From contig CAIYDK010000137.1 of NCBI GenBank assembly GCA_903924955.1, positions 1-51,234 of the forward strand: 51,234 nucleotides of DNA, given 5' to 3'. Shown one piece after another: positions 39,870-49,584 of this stretch. A program made the translations under genes and the position numbers. This DNA comes from an uncultured beta proteobacterium. Its GTDB lineage: Bacteria > Pseudomonadota > Gammaproteobacteria > Burkholderiales > Burkholderiaceae_C. The notes beneath the pieces are model-generated. The model was not told the origin of the DNA, searched no databases, and saw nothing but the letters and a program-made list of their open reading frames with translations. Each line of letters starts with the position of its first letter. The stretch's first letter is position 1.

Positions 39870-40700
39870 GTGAAAAAACGGTTCGCACACTGGATGGGTC
39901 ACCTTGCTTTGGTGATGACGATGACAGCGCATGCCCAAGTGGCGCCACTGCCATTGTGGGAGTTGGGTGTATTTGCTGGAACAGCCACTACGCCTGCCTA
40001 CCCGGGTTCGTCAGATCGTGCAACGCGATCGCTGGCGGTGCCCATATTGGTGTACCGCGGAGAGGTGTTGCGCGTGGAGCGGGGCGACGTGGGTGCGCGG
40101 CTTTTCAGCAGCGACATTGCGGAGCTGGACCTCGGATTTTCTGCATCGCTACCTGCCAGCTCGGACGACCTCACCGCGCGCAAGGGCATGAGCGACCTGG
40201 GTACGTTGGTGGAGTTTGGTCCCAGGGTCAAGTTCACGTTGTCGCGACCCGCGCCCGGCGCACGCGTGCGGCTGGAGTTGCCAGTGCGTGCTGTGCTGGA
40301 GTTCAACAACGGCGTGCGCCAGCAGGGCTATGCCTTTGAACCCGAGTTGGGTATCGAGGTGCGCGATGCGGGTGCTGGATGGAATCTTTCCGCCACAGCC
40401 AGCCTGGTTTTTGGCGACAAAGATCTCAACAGCTACTTTTATGGCGTTGCCGCTCCCTTTGCCACGGTCGTACGCCCTGCCTTTGACGCCAAGCCTGGTT
40501 TGCTCACCACGCGCCTGGGTCTGAGCACATCCAAAAGCATCACGCCGGATGTGCGCGTGTTTGGCTTTGTGCGCTACGAGTGGCTGGAGGGCGCGGCCAA
40601 CAAAGCCAGCCCGCTTTTTCAGCATACGACAGGCACTTCAGTCGGTTTGGGGCTGGTTTGGACGGTAGGGCGTTCGGAGCAGCGTGCGGTTGGTCCCTGA
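39870..40700 (+). CDS. MipA/OmpV family outer membrane protein
   Basis: Signal peptide, PAYPGSS, RKGMSDL..EFGP and YFYGV; amphipathic beta-strands. Confidence 0.85.
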   Translation: MKKRFAHWMGHLALVMTMTAHAQVAPLPLWELGVFAGTATTPAYPGSSDRATRSLAVPILVYRGEVLRVERGDVGARLFSSDIAELDLGFSASLPASSDDLTARKGMSDLGTLVEFGPRVKFTLSRPAPGARVRLELPVRAVLEFNNGVRQQGYAFEPELGIEVRDAGAGWNLSATASLVFGDKDLNSYFYGVAAPFATVVRPAFDAKPGLLTTRLGLSTSKSITPDVRVFGFVRYEWLEGAANKASPLFQHTTGTSVGLGLVWTVGRSEQRAVGP

Positions 40701-40717
40701 GGCACATACTTATGCAC

Positions 40718-41335
40718 ATGAGCGCCAAAAACCACTGGGAAACCGTTTACTCCACTAAGGCGACGGACGCTGTCAGCTGGTTTCAAGAGCACGCCCACCA
40801 GTCCATCAACTTGATTCAGGCTACTGGCGTTTCGCAGTCTGCCTCCATTATTGATGTGGGAGGCGGTGCATCCACATTGGTGGACGATTTACTGGCGGCT
40901 GGCTACAGCGCGCTGACGGTACTTGACCTGTCGGCGGCCGCAATGGAAGCCCCCAAGACGAGACTGGGCGCAATGGCAGCGCAGGTGCAATGGCTGGAGG
41001 CCGATGTCATCCAAGTCGCTTTGCCGCCGCACGGGTTTGAGGTCTGGCATGACCGGGCGGTGTTTCACTTTCTAACGGCCCCAGAAGACCGCGCAGCTTA
41101 TGTTTCCAAAGTGCTTCACGCAGTTAAGCCAGGTGGTCATGTGATCATCGCTACGTTTGCGCAGGACGGCCCCACGCAATGCAGCGGTTTACCAGTGATG
41201 CGCTACAGCGCACCAGAATTGCATGCGCAGTTTGGTGAGCCGTTTAAACTGGTTAAGCATGAGACGGATGCGCACCACACCCCATTTGGCACTGTTCAGC
41301 AGTTTGTTTATTGCTACTGCCGTAAGCAGATTTAG
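40718..41335 (+). CDS. Class I SAM-dependent methyltransferase
   Basis: IIDVGGGASTLVD, VLDLS, WHDRAVFHFL and GPTQCSGLPV. Start could also be 40712. Confidence 0.9.
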   Translation: MSAKNHWETVYSTKATDAVSWFQEHAHQSINLIQATGVSQSASIIDVGGGASTLVDDLLAAGYSALTVLDLSAAAMEAPKTRLGAMAAQVQWLEADVIQVALPPHGFEVWHDRAVFHFLTAPEDRAAYVSKVLHAVKPGGHVIIATFAQDGPTQCSGLPVMRYSAPELHAQFGEPFKLVKHETDAHHTPFGTVQQFVYCYCRKQI

Positions 41336-41400
41336 TAGGCAAGTCGATAGTGGGACCCTACTGATGCAATTTGATTTGCCAAACTATTACAGAGTGCGCC

Positions 41401-41919
41401 ATGAAAATATTTGGAATCGCCGGTCACTCCGGCATGGGTAAAACCACCTTGCTGGAGCGACTGGTTCCCGCGATTGCCGGACGCGGGATGGTTGTGTCGT
41501 TGATCAAGCACAGTCATAAAAATATCGACATTGACCGCCCCGGCAAAGACTCCTACCGTCTGCGTGAGTCGGGTTGCAAAGAGGTGTTACTGATGGGTAA
41601 TGACCGATGGGCCTTGATGCATGAGTTGCGCGGCGCACCTGAGCCACCGCTCGACTATTTGTTGGATCGCATGCAGGATTGCGATGTGGTGCTGGTCGAA
41701 GGCTTTAAGCATGGCAATTTTCCCAAGCTCGAAGTATGGCGTGCATCGCAGGGTCAGGAGACGCTTTGGCCGGATTGGCCCGGCATTCTGGCCATTGCCA
41801 GCGACCTGCCTCCGACCCCGCCGGTCCGCACAGAGGTCCCGACGGGCTTGCTCCACCTGGATTTATCGGATGTCGCTTCGATTGCAGACTTTGTGATGGC
41901 ACACGCGCAAACGCGATAG
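41401..41919 (+). CDS. mobB: Molybdopterin-guanine dinucleotide biosynthesis protein B
   Basis: GHSGMGKTT, IKHSH, DRPGKDSYRL and VLVEGFK. Confidence 0.92.
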   Translation: MKIFGIAGHSGMGKTTLLERLVPAIAGRGMVVSLIKHSHKNIDIDRPGKDSYRLRESGCKEVLLMGNDRWALMHELRGAPEPPLDYLLDRMQDCDVVLVEGFKHGNFPKLEVWRASQGQETLWPDWPGILAIASDLPPTPPVRTEVPTGLLHLDLSDVASIADFVMAHAQTR

Positions 41920-41975
41920 CAGTTTGACTGCCTGGTCTGATGTTTACAAATCAGTGGATAAGTTGTCATCTTGCA

Positions 41976-41999
41976 TTCAATAATTCGAGTATCATTGAA
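41976..41999. promoter_or_regulatory. Putative ArsR operator overlapping the -10 of a leaderless arsR
   Basis: TTCAATAAT-N6-ATCATTGAA inverted repeat; TATCAT at 41990-41995 puts +1 on ATG 42002; no SD sequence. Confidence 0.65.
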
Positions 42000-42001
42000 A
42001 T

Positions 42002-42325
42002 ATGGAATCAATTGCCGTTATCAAAGCGCTCGCCGCACTCGCGCAATCGTCGCGCCTGGAGGTGTTCCGTTCCCTCGTTGTGGCGGGTGAAATGGGGCTG
42101 ACGCCCGGCGCGCTGTCCGAGGCGCTGGGCGTTGCACCCAATACGCTGTCGTTCCATTTGAAGGAACTGGTCCATGCCGACCTGGTGACACAAGAACGCG
42201 TGGGGCGCAACCTGGTTTACCGCGCCCAGTACGACCGCATGAACGCCGTTCTGGCCTACCTCACCCAAAACTGCTGCCAGGGACAGGCTTGCCTGGCCAA
42301 CGCGGCAACTCAATGCAAATGTTGA
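42002..42325 (+). CDS. arsR: ArsR/SmtB repressor with a C-terminal Cys site
   Basis: ALAQSSRLEVFR.L, NTLSFHLKEL and NCCQGQAC. Confidence 0.92.
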   Translation: MESIAVIKALAALAQSSRLEVFRSLVVAGEMGLTPGALSEALGVAPNTLSFHLKELVHADLVTQERVGRNLVYRAQYDRMNAVLAYLTQNCCQGQACLANAATQCKC

Positions 42326-42348
42326 AATTGAAAAGGAGATAGAACACC

Positions 42349-42861
42349 ATGAAACGCTTCCATGTTCATGTCCACGTTGAAGACCTGCAAGCCAGCATCA
42401 ACTTCTACAAACGTCTTTTCGCTGCGCAGCCCACGCGTGTTGAGGTCGATTACGCCAAGTGGATGCTGGAGGACCCCAGAGTCAACTTCGCCATCTCCAC
42501 CCGGGGCAGCAAGCCGGGTCTTGACCACCTGGGCTTCCAGACCGACACGACTGAAGAGTTGGTGCAGTTGAAAGCACAAGCGCAGGGCGCAGAGATGGCA
42601 CTGATGGACGAAGGCGAGACCACTTGCTGCTACGCCAAGAGCGAAAAGCACTGGATCACCGACCCGCAAGGCATCGCCTGGGAGCACTTTCACACGCTTG
42701 GCGATATTCCCGTTTTCAATGAAGGCGAGATGGTGACCGCACCGGGCGCTTGTTGTGCGCCCGCTCCCGATGCAGCTGAAGCCAAGTCCAATTGCTGTAC
42801 CCCTGCGCCCCAGGCTCAATCGGGCTGCTGTGGTGGCAGCGCCAAATCTTCCTGCTGCTAA
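42349..42861 (+). CDS. arsI: ArsI/CadI family VOC-fold metalloenzyme (possible C-As lyase) with a Cys-rich tail
   Basis: RFHVH, YAKWMLEDPRVNFAIS, LDHLG and TTCCYAKSEKHWITDPQGIAWE. Confidence 0.85.
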   Translation: MKRFHVHVHVEDLQASINFYKRLFAAQPTRVEVDYAKWMLEDPRVNFAISTRGSKPGLDHLGFQTDTTEELVQLKAQAQGAEMALMDEGETTCCYAKSEKHWITDPQGIAWEHFHTLGDIPVFNEGEMVTAPGACCAPAPDAAEAKSNCCTPAPQAQSGCCGGSAKSSCC

Positions 42862-42873
42862 CAATCCCCAATC

Positions 42874-43380
42874 ATGACCACCAAGCCAAACCCCATCAAT
42901 GTGCTATTTCTCTGCACGCACAACTCGGCGCGCAGCATCTTGGCGGAAGCGCTGCTCAACGCCATTGGAAATGACCGTTTCAAAGCCTTTTCCGCTGGCA
43001 GCAGTCCGCGTGCCAACCAGCAGCCCAATCCCTTGGGTCTGCAGGTTTTGCAAGGCGCAGGCATTTCGATCGACGGCCTGCACAGCAAGAGCTGGGACGT
43101 ATTTGCAGCGCCCGGCGCACCGCAGATGGACCTGATCATCACGGTGTGTGACAACGCCGCCGGTGAGGTCTGCCCGATCTGGCCCGGCCATCCGGCCACC
43201 GCGCACTGGAGCTACCCCGATCCGTCAGAAGGCGATGCAACGGATGCACAGAAGCTCGAAGCCTTTCGCAAAACCCTGCACGCCATCAAGCGCCGCCTCG
43301 ACCTCTTTTGCAGCTTGCCGGGCGAGAAGTTGCAAGCGGCCGTGCTGCAATCCAGCGCACGCCAATTGGCCAATACCTGA
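42874..43380 (+). CDS. arsC: Arsenate reductase, LMW-PTP fold (thioredoxin-coupled type)
   Basis: LFLCTHNSARS, ITVCDNAAGEVCP and HWSYPDP. Confidence 0.92.
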   Translation: MTTKPNPINVLFLCTHNSARSILAEALLNAIGNDRFKAFSAGSSPRANQQPNPLGLQVLQGAGISIDGLHSKSWDVFAAPGAPQMDLIITVCDNAAGEVCPIWPGHPATAHWSYPDPSEGDATDAQKLEAFRKTLHAIKRRLDLFCSLPGEKLQAAVLQSSARQLANT

Positions 43381-43391
43381 GCACCTAAACC

Positions 43392-44477
43392 ATGAGTGTC
43401 CAATGTGAAGTTACCGCAAAACAAGCGGCCGGTGCACCAATGAGCGTGTTCGAGCGCTACCTGACCGTATGGGTTTTCTTGTGCATCGTGGTGGGCATCG
43501 TGCTGGGGCAATTGTTCCCCGGTGTATTCCAGGCGGTAGGCCAGATGGAAATCGCCAAGGTCAATTTGCCGGTAGGCGTGCTGATCTGGGTGATGATCAT
43601 TCCCATGCTGGTGAAGGTCGATTTTGGTGCGTTGGGCGAAGTGCGTCAGCACATCAAGGGCATTGGAGTCACGCTGCTTGTCAACTGGCTGGTCAAGCCA
43701 TTCTCGATGGCGTTGCTGGGCTGGATTTTTATCCGCCACTGGTTTGCACCCATGCTTCCGCCGGACCAACTCGATAGTTACATTGCGGGGCTGATCCTGC
43801 TGGCTGCAGCGCCATGCACGGCCATGGTGTTTGTGTGGAGCCGCCTCACCGGGGGCGACCCGCTGTTCACGCTGTCACAGGTGGCATTGAATGACAGCAT
43901 CATGGTGGTGGCTTTTGCACCACTGGTCGGCTTGTTGCTGGGCATGTCGGCCATCATCGTACCGTGGGACACTTTGCTGACCTCGGTGGTGCTGTACATC
44001 GTCATCCCCGTCATTCTGGCGCAGCTTTTGCGCAGGTCGCTGCTGGCCAAAGGCGAAGCCGCGTTTGATGCCACCATGGCAAAAATTGGCCCATGGTCCA
44101 TTGCAGCCTTGTTGGTGACGCTGGTGTTGCTGTTTGCCTTTCAGGGCGAGGCGATTCTCAAGCAGCCGCTGGTGATTGCGCTGCTGGCGGTGCCGATTTT
44201 GATTCAGGTATTTTTCAACTCGGCGCTGGCCTATTGGCTCAACCGCGCCGTGGGTGAAAAGCACAACATTGCCTGCCCGTCGGCGCTGATTGGCGCGTCC
44301 AACTTTTTCGAGCTGGCGGTGGCCGCGGCCATCAGCCTGTTTGGCTTCAACTCCGGCGCTGCGTTGGCAACTGTAGTAGGTGTGCTGATTGAAGTACCGG
44401 TGATGTTGTTGGTGGTGTACATCGTCAACAACTCGAAGGGCTGGTATGAGCGTGGTGCAGCGGTCAAAGATGCATGA
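43392..44477 (+). CDS. acr3: ACR3 family arsenite efflux transporter
   Basis: FERYLTVWV, AAPCTAMVFVWS, GASNFFELAVA and GVLIEVPVML. Confidence 0.96.
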   Translation: MSVQCEVTAKQAAGAPMSVFERYLTVWVFLCIVVGIVLGQLFPGVFQAVGQMEIAKVNLPVGVLIWVMIIPMLVKVDFGALGEVRQHIKGIGVTLLVNWLVKPFSMALLGWIFIRHWFAPMLPPDQLDSYIAGLILLAAAPCTAMVFVWSRLTGGDPLFTLSQVALNDSIMVVAFAPLVGLLLGMSAIIVPWDTLLTSVVLYIVIPVILAQLLRRSLLAKGEAAFDATMAKIGPWSIAALLVTLVLLFAFQGEAILKQPLVIALLAVPILIQVFFNSALAYWLNRAVGEKHNIACPSALIGASNFFELAVAAAISLFGFNSGAALATVVGVLIEVPVMLLVVYIVNNSKGWYERGAAVKDA

Positions 44478-44536
44478 ACTGCCTGACGACTGCCTGGACC
44501 GATCACGAAATGGACTGATTGACAAGTGAGACAACG

Positions 44537-45463
44537 ATGAACGCATTTCGACGCGCAAAGATATTCGTGGTGGCGGTTGGACTGATCGCGTTGCCCGCAT
44601 GGGCGGTCGACGTGGTGTTCAAGCCCGTGGCAGAGGGCGTGTACGCCTACATCGGCGAGATTGAAGGCCGCACGTATGACAATGAAGGGCTCAATGCCAA
44701 TATTGGCTTGGTGGTGACGAATGCCGGGGCTGTACTTATCGATAGTGGTGCCACCTTTCAGTCGGCCCGCAAAATTCATAAGGCCGCCAACAAGGTGACC
44801 AACCAGCCAGTCAAATGGGTTATCAGTACAGGTGACCAAGACCACCGTTGGCTAGGGAATGGATACTTCACAGCCCAAGCGATCGAAACCATTGCCCATG
44901 CTGATGCCAAGGCCGACATGCAAGCCCGTGCAGGTGAGCACATGGACGGCCTCAAGGTCTTGAAGGAACGGTTGGACGGCACCGTGCCCACGCTGCCCAC
45001 GCGCTTTGTCACTGGCCAAGACACGCGCCTGGAAATGGGCGGCACGGTGTTTGAACTCAAACACCGCCATGGTGGCCACACGCCGGGTGACATGCTGGTG
45101 TGGTTGCCGCAAAAGAACGTGCTGTTTGCGGGTGACGTGGTCTATGTGGACCGCGTGCTCGGGCTGCACCCGGTCAGCAACACCCTGAACTGGCTGGAGT
45201 CTTTTTCTGCCGTCGACGAACTCAAGCCCCAGACCATCGTGCCCGGGCACGGCAACGTGACCAACCTCGCCACCGCGCAGGCGCATACGCGCGACCTGCT
45301 GCTGGCGTTGCGCGCGCATATGAAGAAGGCGGTAGATGACGGCGTTGACCTCAGTGCTGCGGTCAAGAGCTTCAATGCCAAGCCGTTTGCCCACCTCAGG
45401 CACGCGGATGTGTGGATTCCACAGTTGGCCAACCAGACCTATCTGGAGGTGGAGCGGGAGTAG
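44537..45463 (+). CDS. Periplasmic MBL-fold hydrolase, SoxH-like
   Basis: Signal peptide, N.GLNANIGLVV, VLIDSG, STGDQDHRWLGN, GHTPGD, FAGD and VPGHG. Confidence 0.8.
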   Translation: MNAFRRAKIFVVAVGLIALPAWAVDVVFKPVAEGVYAYIGEIEGRTYDNEGLNANIGLVVTNAGAVLIDSGATFQSARKIHKAANKVTNQPVKWVISTGDQDHRWLGNGYFTAQAIETIAHADAKADMQARAGEHMDGLKVLKERLDGTVPTLPTRFVTGQDTRLEMGGTVFELKHRHGGHTPGDMLVWLPQKNVLFAGDVVYVDRVLGLHPVSNTLNWLESFSAVDELKPQTIVPGHGNVTNLATAQAHTRDLLLALRAHMKKAVDDGVDLSAAVKSFNAKPFAHLRHADVWIPQLANQTYLEVERE

Positions 45464-45506
45464 TGCTATCTAGTTGATAGCTGCTCACGCATATTTCACG
45501 GGGGCT
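45464..45506 (+). repeat. Dispersed 43-bp motif, copy D (abuts the MBL stop codon)
   Basis: TGCTAT CTAGTTG ATAGCT GCTCA CGC ATATTTC ACGGGGGCT. Confidence 0.85.
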
Positions 45507-45742
45507 CAAGGTGATTTTGGCGATTTCTTGAAAGTACAAGAAGTCAGAAAAGTTTGTCTCGCCTGCACCCGTCGCTTGATTGACGAAAGCGCGCAATTAG
45601 TCGATTTATCCATGGACCGCGCGGTGGTTGTGGTGTGGCTGGTTGTGGGGGTGTTGCGACTCAACTGGCCGGTCTGGGATGGGGACTCTTCTCAGGCATA
45701 TAGTTCAGTCACTGCAATCTTCACCGCACATGAAAACTAGCC

Positions 45743-46762
45743 ATGAGTCACGAACACGAACACGAACACTCGCACGCCCCTGCCAATTTCAACCGGGCGT
45801 TTGCCGTTGGCATCGTGCTCAACATTGTCTTTGTGGCGATTGAGTCTTTTTACGGTTGGCGGGTCAATTCCTTGGCACTATTGGCCGATGCGGGGCACAA
45901 CTTGAGTGACGTTGCAGGTTTGGTCTTGGCCTGGGGTGGTGCGTTAGCTGTCAAACTGCGTCCTAACCCTCGACACACCTATGGATGGAAGCGGGCAACT
46001 ATTCTGGCCGCCTTCGCCAATGCATTATTGCTGCTCGTGGCCATGGGTGGCCTGGCCTGGGAGGCGATTGGACGGCTGCTTTCCACGCAAGCGGTGGCAC
46101 AAGAGCAAGGCGTGACCATTATGGTGGTTGCAGGTATTGGCATCGCCATCAATACCGTCACGGCATTGCTGTTCATGCGCGGACGTGATAGCGACCTCAA
46201 CATTCGCGGAGCCTTCATGCATATGGCAGCGGATGCACTGGTCTCGGCCGGCGTGGTTATTGCGGGTGCCTTGACTCTCTGGAAAGGTTGGACTTGGCTT
46301 GATCCGGTCACCAGTCTTGCCATCGCGTGTGTCATCCTGCTTGGTACCTGGGGGTTGTTCAAGCAGTCGCTGCACATGTTGTTTGATGGTGTGCCAGACA
46401 GTGTTGATTCGCAGGCCGTTCACGATTATCTGGTTGGATTACCGGGGGTTAGCCGGGTGCACGACTTGCATATTTGGGCCATGGGAACCAACCACATTGC
46501 ATTGACTGCGCTGTTGGTCATGCCAGAAGCTTATGCGGACGATGCTTTTTTGGAAAATGCAACCCGGCAAATGCACCAACGGTTTGAAATTACCCACGTG
46601 ACCGTGCAAGTGGTCAGGGTTCCATTCACGCAGTCTTGTGGCGGCTTGTTCAGCGACGCCGCACACCCAGAACTGCCGCTATCCGGGCCGGTTGATGCCA
46701 TGAGGCCGAACATCGCGCTAAATCGCGACAAAGATCAAGGTGCTTCTATAAACATTGCCTAG
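45743..46762 (+). CDS. Cation diffusion facilitator (CzcD/ZitB-like)
   Basis: His-rich N-terminus, SLALLADAGHNLSD, NIRGAFMHMAAD and VHDLHIW. Confidence 0.93.
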   Translation: MSHEHEHEHSHAPANFNRAFAVGIVLNIVFVAIESFYGWRVNSLALLADAGHNLSDVAGLVLAWGGALAVKLRPNPRHTYGWKRATILAAFANALLLLVAMGGLAWEAIGRLLSTQAVAQEQGVTIMVVAGIGIAINTVTALLFMRGRDSDLNIRGAFMHMAADALVSAGVVIAGALTLWKGWTWLDPVTSLAIACVILLGTWGLFKQSLHMLFDGVPDSVDSQAVHDYLVGLPGVSRVHDLHIWAMGTNHIALTALLVMPEAYADDAFLENATRQMHQRFEITHVTVQVVRVPFTQSCGGLFSDAAHPELPLSGPVDAMRPNIALNRDKDQGASINIA

Positions 46763-46797
46763 ACTGACGGGAGTAGCTTGAAAATCGGAGGTCGTAT

Positions 46798-48789
46798 ATG
46801 GAAGTCACCGTATTGGGCATTGGCTGCTCCAAGTGCCAAAGCACGGTTGCCATGATTGAGCGGGCGGCCAAGGACGCTGGTGTGCAAGTGAAAATCATCA
46901 AGATCGAAGACCGGGCGGAAATACACCGCCGCGGCATTGCAGCCACCCCAGCGGTCATCATCGGTGGTGTGGTGGTGCACAGCGGCGGCATTCCAGCGCA
47001 CCAGAAGGTGGAGGCTTGGCTCAAGCCGCCGCCACTTCAGTTGCTGAGCCGGTCAACACGGCATTTGTTTTTTACAGGAAAAGGCGGGGTCGGAAAGACA
47101 TCGCTGTCTACCGCGGTTGCGCTATATCTTGCCGATACCGGCAAGCGTGTGCTGCTGGTCAGCACCGATGCCGCGTCCAATCTCGATGAGATGCTGGGTA
47201 TAGAACTTAAAAACACGCCGGTCTCCGTGCCGGATGTCCCCGGCCTCTTGGTATTGAATATTGACCCCGACAACGCCGCCGAGTCCTACCGACAGCGCGT
47301 CGTAGCTCAAATGGCGGTCGACTCGACCGATACGGAACTGGCAACCGTGCGCGAGCAGTTGTCGGGCGCCTGCACGACCGAGATTGCATCTTTCGACGAG
47401 TTTGCTTCGCTGCTGTCCGATGCGGATCAACAGTTCGATCACATCGTATTTGACACGGCGCCCACGGGCCACACACTGCGGCTGCTGAGCTTGCCCAAGG
47501 CCTGGAGCGGATTTTTGGCGGGCAATGACCGGGGCGCATCCTGCCTGGGACCGCACTCGGGGCTGAAGATGCAGGAGGTGAGATTCAAGGCAGCACTTGA
47601 AGCCCTGGGTGACCCGAGCAAAACCACGGTGGTGCTGGTGATGCGCCCCGATGCCGGTGCCATTGCCGAAGCCTCCCGCACGTCGGACGAACTTCACGCG
47701 TTGGGGCTGCATAACCAGCGCATGGTCGTGAATGGCGTATTTCATGCCAGCGACCCTGGCGATGCCGTAGCCTGCGGCATTGAGACGTTGGGAGCTCAGG
47801 CGCTTGCAGCGATCCCCAAGAACCTGCTGGCCTTGCCGCAAGACCAGGTTCCGCTGCGGTCCTTTGATACGGTTGGCCTTTCGGCATTGCGGGCTCTACT
47901 CGGTAGTGCGCAGTTCTCGGGCGAGGTAAACAAGCCCATGCCTGTGCAAGTTGACATACGCGGCGCAGGATTGGGCGCACTGGCAGACGAGCTGGCCCTT
48001 TTGGAGCATGGTTTGATCATGGTCATGGGTAAAGGTGGCGTCGGGAAAACCACCATTGCTGCGGCGTTGGCTGTTGGCCTGGTGCAGCGTGGCAAAACGG
48101 TGCATTTGAGCACAACCGACCCGGCTGCACACCTGGTCGGAACTTTGTCATGCGAAGTGCCCGGGTTGCGCGTGGATCGCATTGACCCTGTCGTCGAGAC
48201 ACAACGCTACGTTGAAAAAATCATGGCTGCAAAGGGTTCCAAGCTCGACGCGCAGGAGAAAGCGCTGCTGCTGGAAGACCTGCGCTCACCCTGTACCGAA
48301 GAAGTAGCTGTATTTCATGCGTTTTCACGAGTTGTGAGTGAGGCGCGCAGCGCCTTTGTGGTGCTGGATACGGCGCCCACCGGACACTCGTTGTTGTTGA
48401 TGGATGCCACCGGTGCTTACCACCGCCAGATGATGCGTGAGTTTGAAGGGCACTCCAGTGGACGACTGGTCACGCCACTCATGCGATTGCAAGACCCCGT
48501 CTATACCCGCATCATTTTGGTCACCCTGCCGGAAATTACGCCCGTGTCGCAAGCCCAGGCACTACAGGATGATCTGCGACGGGCGCAGATTGAACCGTTT
48601 GCATGGGTAATCAATAAGAGTGTTTCCGCTGCCGGAACGAATGACCCGTTGCTGGGCGCGCGCCTGAGGGGCGAGCTAAAGCAGATGGAGCGCGTAAACG
48701 ATGGTCTGGCCACGCGCACATTCGTCGTGCCTTGGCAAGCAACTCCGCCTGTGGGCTATGCAGGATTGGCAGGTCTCGTGTCCGGGTAA
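46798..48789 (+). CDS. arsA: Arsenical pump-driving ATPase with an N-terminal MTH895/ArsE-like thioredoxin-fold domain
   Basis: N-terminal LGIGCSKC...ATPAVIIGGVVVHSGGIP; two GKGGVGKT and two DTAPTGH motifs; the three metalloid Cys motifs GACTTE, ASCLGP and SPCTEE. Confidence 0.92.
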   Translation: MEVTVLGIGCSKCQSTVAMIERAAKDAGVQVKIIKIEDRAEIHRRGIAATPAVIIGGVVVHSGGIPAHQKVEAWLKPPPLQLLSRSTRHLFFTGKGGVGKTSLSTAVALYLADTGKRVLLVSTDAASNLDEMLGIELKNTPVSVPDVPGLLVLNIDPDNAAESYRQRVVAQMAVDSTDTELATVREQLSGACTTEIASFDEFASLLSDADQQFDHIVFDTAPTGHTLRLLSLPKAWSGFLAGNDRGASCLGPHSGLKMQEVRFKAALEALGDPSKTTVVLVMRPDAGAIAEASRTSDELHALGLHNQRMVVNGVFHASDPGDAVACGIETLGAQALAAIPKNLLALPQDQVPLRSFDTVGLSALRALLGSAQFSGEVNKPMPVQVDIRGAGLGALADELALLEHGLIMVMGKGGVGKTTIAAALAVGLVQRGKTVHLSTTDPAAHLVGTLSCEVPGLRVDRIDPVVETQRYVEKIMAAKGSKLDAQEKALLLEDLRSPCTEEVAVFHAFSRVVSEARSAFVVLDTAPTGHSLLLMDATGAYHRQMMREFEGHSSGRLVTPLMRLQDPVYTRIILVTLPEITPVSQAQALQDDLRRAQIEPFAWVINKSVSAAGTNDPLLGARLRGELKQMERVNDGLATRTFVVPWQATPPVGYAGLAGLVSG

Positions 48790-48797
48790 GTGCAGAG

Positions 48798-49556
48798 TCA
48801 ATGGCAGTTGTTGTGCAGCTTCCATTTTTCTTCATGACCCATGGCCTTGGCAAAGGCCGGAACCTGGCAGCGTGCAACTTCTGCAGGGTCAGCTGGGGTT
48901 GACGGTGAAACGCGTGTCGCGATCTCGGACTGTGGCGCAACCGCTGGTGCAGCGCGGTATACCCATTGGCCCACCATTCCAACCATTGCGAGAAATGCCG
49001 CCAAGATCAGCGCTTGCCATAGCCGAACGCCAGGCACTTCGGACCTGGGCAGTTCACACACGCCCCCAGGGCACAACTGGGCTTTCTCACTGTTGAACGC
49101 GTTGTATACCTTGCAGCCAACGCAGATGCCAAATGAGGCTTCAAAGAACAGCAGCAGCATGCACACCGAGCAAACGACCATATTGATGGGGCCAATTACA
49201 CTGTTGAGCACCATCAGATAGAACATCAGCAGTGCCAGCACAAAGCCGATGCCCCAGGCAAAACGCTTTTGTGGCGCGCCCACGTAGTCAGGGCGTTGCT
49301 TGCGCACGGCCCATTGACCCAGAATCAGGCTGGGCGCATAGCGTGGATTGATGAAAATGCGAACGGTGAAGTCGACCAGAAAGGCAACCACAAAAACGCG
49401 TGTGGGTAAAAAATTGCCCATCAAAAAGGCGTTCATGAAAGTCACGATGGCGAAGAAAAACAGAATGCCGGCACTTGCACGGACCGCACGCTCATTTAGA
49501 ACCGGAATGCTGTAGTCGGGAAGAAGCTCACCGAACTGGAAAAACTTTTGGGTCAT
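48798..49556 (-). CDS. DUF4395 domain membrane protein
   Basis: LNERAVRASAG, GAPQKRFAWGIG, FFEASFGICVGCKVY and CPGGVCE. Confidence 0.82.
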   Translation of the reverse strand: MTQKFFQFGELLPDYSIPVLNERAVRASAGILFFFAIVTFMNAFLMGNFLPTRVFVVAFLVDFTVRIFINPRYAPSLILGQWAVRKQRPDYVGAPQKRFAWGIGFVLALLMFYLMVLNSVIGPINMVVCSVCMLLLFFEASFGICVGCKVYNAFNSEKAQLCPGGVCELPRSEVPGVRLWQALILAAFLAMVGMVGQWVYRAAPAVAPQSEIATRVSPSTPADPAEVARCQVPAFAKAMGHEEKWKLHNNCH

Positions 49557-49584
49557 TGCGCCTGGCAATCTTTGTTAATGCTGC

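Noticed and set aside
45749-45769. CACGAA tandem repeat as a phase-variation tract
   Set aside because: An in-frame 6-mer encoding the ordinary His-rich CDF N-terminus.
46741-46759. TGCTTC-N7-ATTGCC at the end of the CDF gene as a motif copy
   Set aside because: Weak palindrome with no CGC or GGGGG block at the right distance on either strand.
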